A stretch of 64,000 nucleotides of DNA. It comes from Trichoplax adhaerens (taxonomy: Eukaryota; Animalia; Placozoa). Below the pieces are notes generated by a model. It was not told where the DNA came from and made no database searches. It saw only the letters and a program-made list of their open reading frames with translations. The stretch's first letter is position 1, and the number at the start of each line of letters is the position of its first letter. This document shows, piece after piece, positions 61,801-64,000 of the stretch. The stretch is taken from the NCBI RefSeq assembly GCF_000150275.1, contig NW_002060947.1, positions 2,531,740 through 2,595,739 on the forward strand. The letters run 5' to 3'. The position numbers were made by a program, and so were the translations under genes.

Positions 61801-63586
61801 CAATAAGCAATATTGTTGATGAAGAAAATTCAACGGCTTTAGATCTAGCATTGTCGAAAAAATTGCATTACTGCATAATTGTACTTAATTCATTTAACCG
61901 CCAAAGTGAAAAGGATGGATTTCGTACCCCTCTGAGACCTAAAAATAAGTTACATAATTTAAAAAAAGATTATAAATCACCTAATAATAGACCAAGCTCC
62001 CTTCAAGGCACAGTTCAGCCAAAGCCATTTAGTCCAAATCCTCTTCCTAAACCAAGATCTTTAACGAGTCCTTACCCAATATCAGATAGCTCCGATCGAT
62101 CGCTTTTTTTTGCAGAACACGAGAAATCGAAGGAAAAGATCATTGAAACAGATCAGAAGGAAACGGCCAAATCAGTTAAGGAACAAAGTCAAAAGCAATG
62201 TAAAAATTTGTTGTTTCTGGAAGCGAAATCTCTCAACTCTTCAACATTACATCTTAAGCGAGGTGTCGGTTCACAATCCGAAACTTCCTCACGCGATGGC
62301 ATGTCTTCCACAATTGTGAGTCGATGAATTATAATTAGATGATAGATTTTTAATTACATTTATTAGACAAAGTTTATAGGGCATGAATGAATATCATATG
62401 ATATGATTCAAACATAGTAAAATTAATTAACAAAAATATTTAGAGCAAAGTAGGATCTTAAGTTAATTAATTAATTAATTAATTAATTGCTAATTAGCTA
62501 ATTTTATATTTGTGTGTACTTAATTATACTGCGTACTTAGTGTTTAACACTCGATTCAGTCGATTTTATATAATGGGTTATTTTCCTGCACAGGAAACGA
62601 AATTGCAGTCGCCGAAGGATTGTTCAAATACATTGAATGAAAGTAACTCAAAAAATAGCAATCAAGAATTAGAACTTGGCAATTACTGTAATACCTCTAG
62701 TTTCGGTGATTATAACGGAGGATCGGAGGTATCAATTACCGTCCCAGAAACATTGGCAAAGCTACAAAAGTTGTCCTCAAAGAGTTTTTCATCCTCATCC
62801 AGTCAGCGAGATAAAAATAGTTTATCATCGTTGAGTAATCTTGGTAAAGAATCTGGCTGGCCAGGTAAATCTCGAGTTAGAAGCTTTACTGCATCGGAAA
62901 GTACGAATCGAGAGCGAAATATCAGTAGAAGCAATGGACTATTAAGTAAGATAAAGACTTCATCAGGTATTATTTAACAAACAAAAAAGAGAATTCCTGT
63001 AGGTAACGCAGTAACATACATTGTTCTGTCTTGTTTTAAGTATACCTTATACAAGCAAGTATTTAGTAGTTAATGTAACTATAGCCTACTGGATACGAAT
63101 TATGTACTATTGCTTGAAATAAAAGGAGCTTAATCATAATATTGTCTAGCATGCAAGTATAGATCAATGTAATATAACCTATTTTAATCAATGACTAGGC
63201 GATGAATTATTGGTGGTCGATAAAAGAAAATGTGATGACAATGATACTTGGAACAGTAATTCAACTGACACTGCAAAGAAGGAGGGGAGCATACGACAGA
63301 AGCACTTTTTACATAGTGATCTTCATCAGAATGCAGGACTAAAGGTAAAATATTATAAACGATTACGTATTATTAATAAGTATAAAGTGATTCAGCTATT
63401 GGTCTTACAGATATTATTATTTTCTTTTCAAAACTTATTTTTGAAGAAGTTATAACTTGCTTAATTCATGTTTAACTTAATATATTTCTAAAGAGGGATA
63501 AAGCAGAATTTACTGGTAGTCCGAGATTGCTAGCGCCAATTAACAGGCCAAAATCACGAAGCTTCTCTGGAATAACTCTAAGATGA
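58889..63586 (+). CDS. Ankyrin-repeat protein (about 8-9 repeats) with a Ser-rich low-complexity C-terminus
   Basis: Spliced repeats include FRKIHQAAKEGDVETIKQLL, DCMGRTPIMYCA, DNMGRSPVHLAV, DIGGLTPIMWAC, DHQGRTAIHWAV, DQNGRTVLHTASLQG and DKQMRTALHLATLAGHGDVINLLL. The last exon ends RSFSGITLR*. Inversin/ANKRD55-like, orthology not assigned. Confidence 0.85.
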
Positions 63587-64000
63587 AGTTAAAATTCGAT
63601 TTGGCGTAGTCATGATACTGTAGATAGTCTACAAATCAAGTAAAGTATAGGCATTTTCCGCTAGTAGTAAATTGATCTCACGCATATATCATACGGCGTT
63701 CTGTAATAGTAACTTCTCGCCTGAGAGTTTGAATGCCTGATAGAAATTTTAATATTAAATTTGACGTTTTAATAATTTAAATGATGTAAGTATTGCTAGA
63801 TATCTATCAAATGTTGACGCGGTCATAAAAGTATGTAAGCTTTGTGCAGTACAATAACCCTGTATTCAACCTCAACTTTTAGTATGATCGTGGTGTGGCT
63901 AGGAAATTTACTAATTTTATTCGCAAATTAAATAGAAAATTGAAGTATTGTCGTAATGTTCAATCTTGCTAGCTTCTGATTTATCTGAATTGGTTGAATT

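Noticed and set aside
62462-62488. (TTAA)n runs (also near 45240) as piggyBac scars
   Set aside because: piggyBac normally excises precisely; simple slippage in AT-rich DNA is sufficient.

Overview
AT-rich, gene-dense eukaryotic DNA from an animal, with short GT-AG introns. The compact architecture and gene content suggest a placozoan (Trichoplax-like), but that is inference. Manual splicing gives ten protein-coding genes: the 3' end of an NAD-IDH3 subunit, DLD, an 11-exon IRAK/Pelle-like pseudokinase with a Cys-cluster N-terminus and no death domain, a convergent Sel1-repeat gene with a probable spliced C-terminal death domain, PACRG, a class A (opsin/melatonin-like) GPCR, a Golgi alpha-1,2-mannosidase (MAN1A-like), DSTYK, a two-box HMGB-like protein, ZMYND10, and an ankyrin-repeat protein (eleven genes counting the partial IDH3). 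Three things stand out. (1) Mixed TA-CAG-TA / TA-CTG-TA arrays sit almost only at promoters and match accumulated Tc1/mariner excision footprints; they also interrupt other elements at TA sites. (2) A P/Galileo-like MITE family (CA[T/G]GGACTA ends, 7-bp TSDs) occurs as ~410-bp copies and as 19-48-bp TIR-only remnants. (3) The pseudokinase and the Sel1-death-domain gene form a tail-to-tail pair that may be an undescribed innate-immune module. All exon coordinates were read by eye and are approximate.
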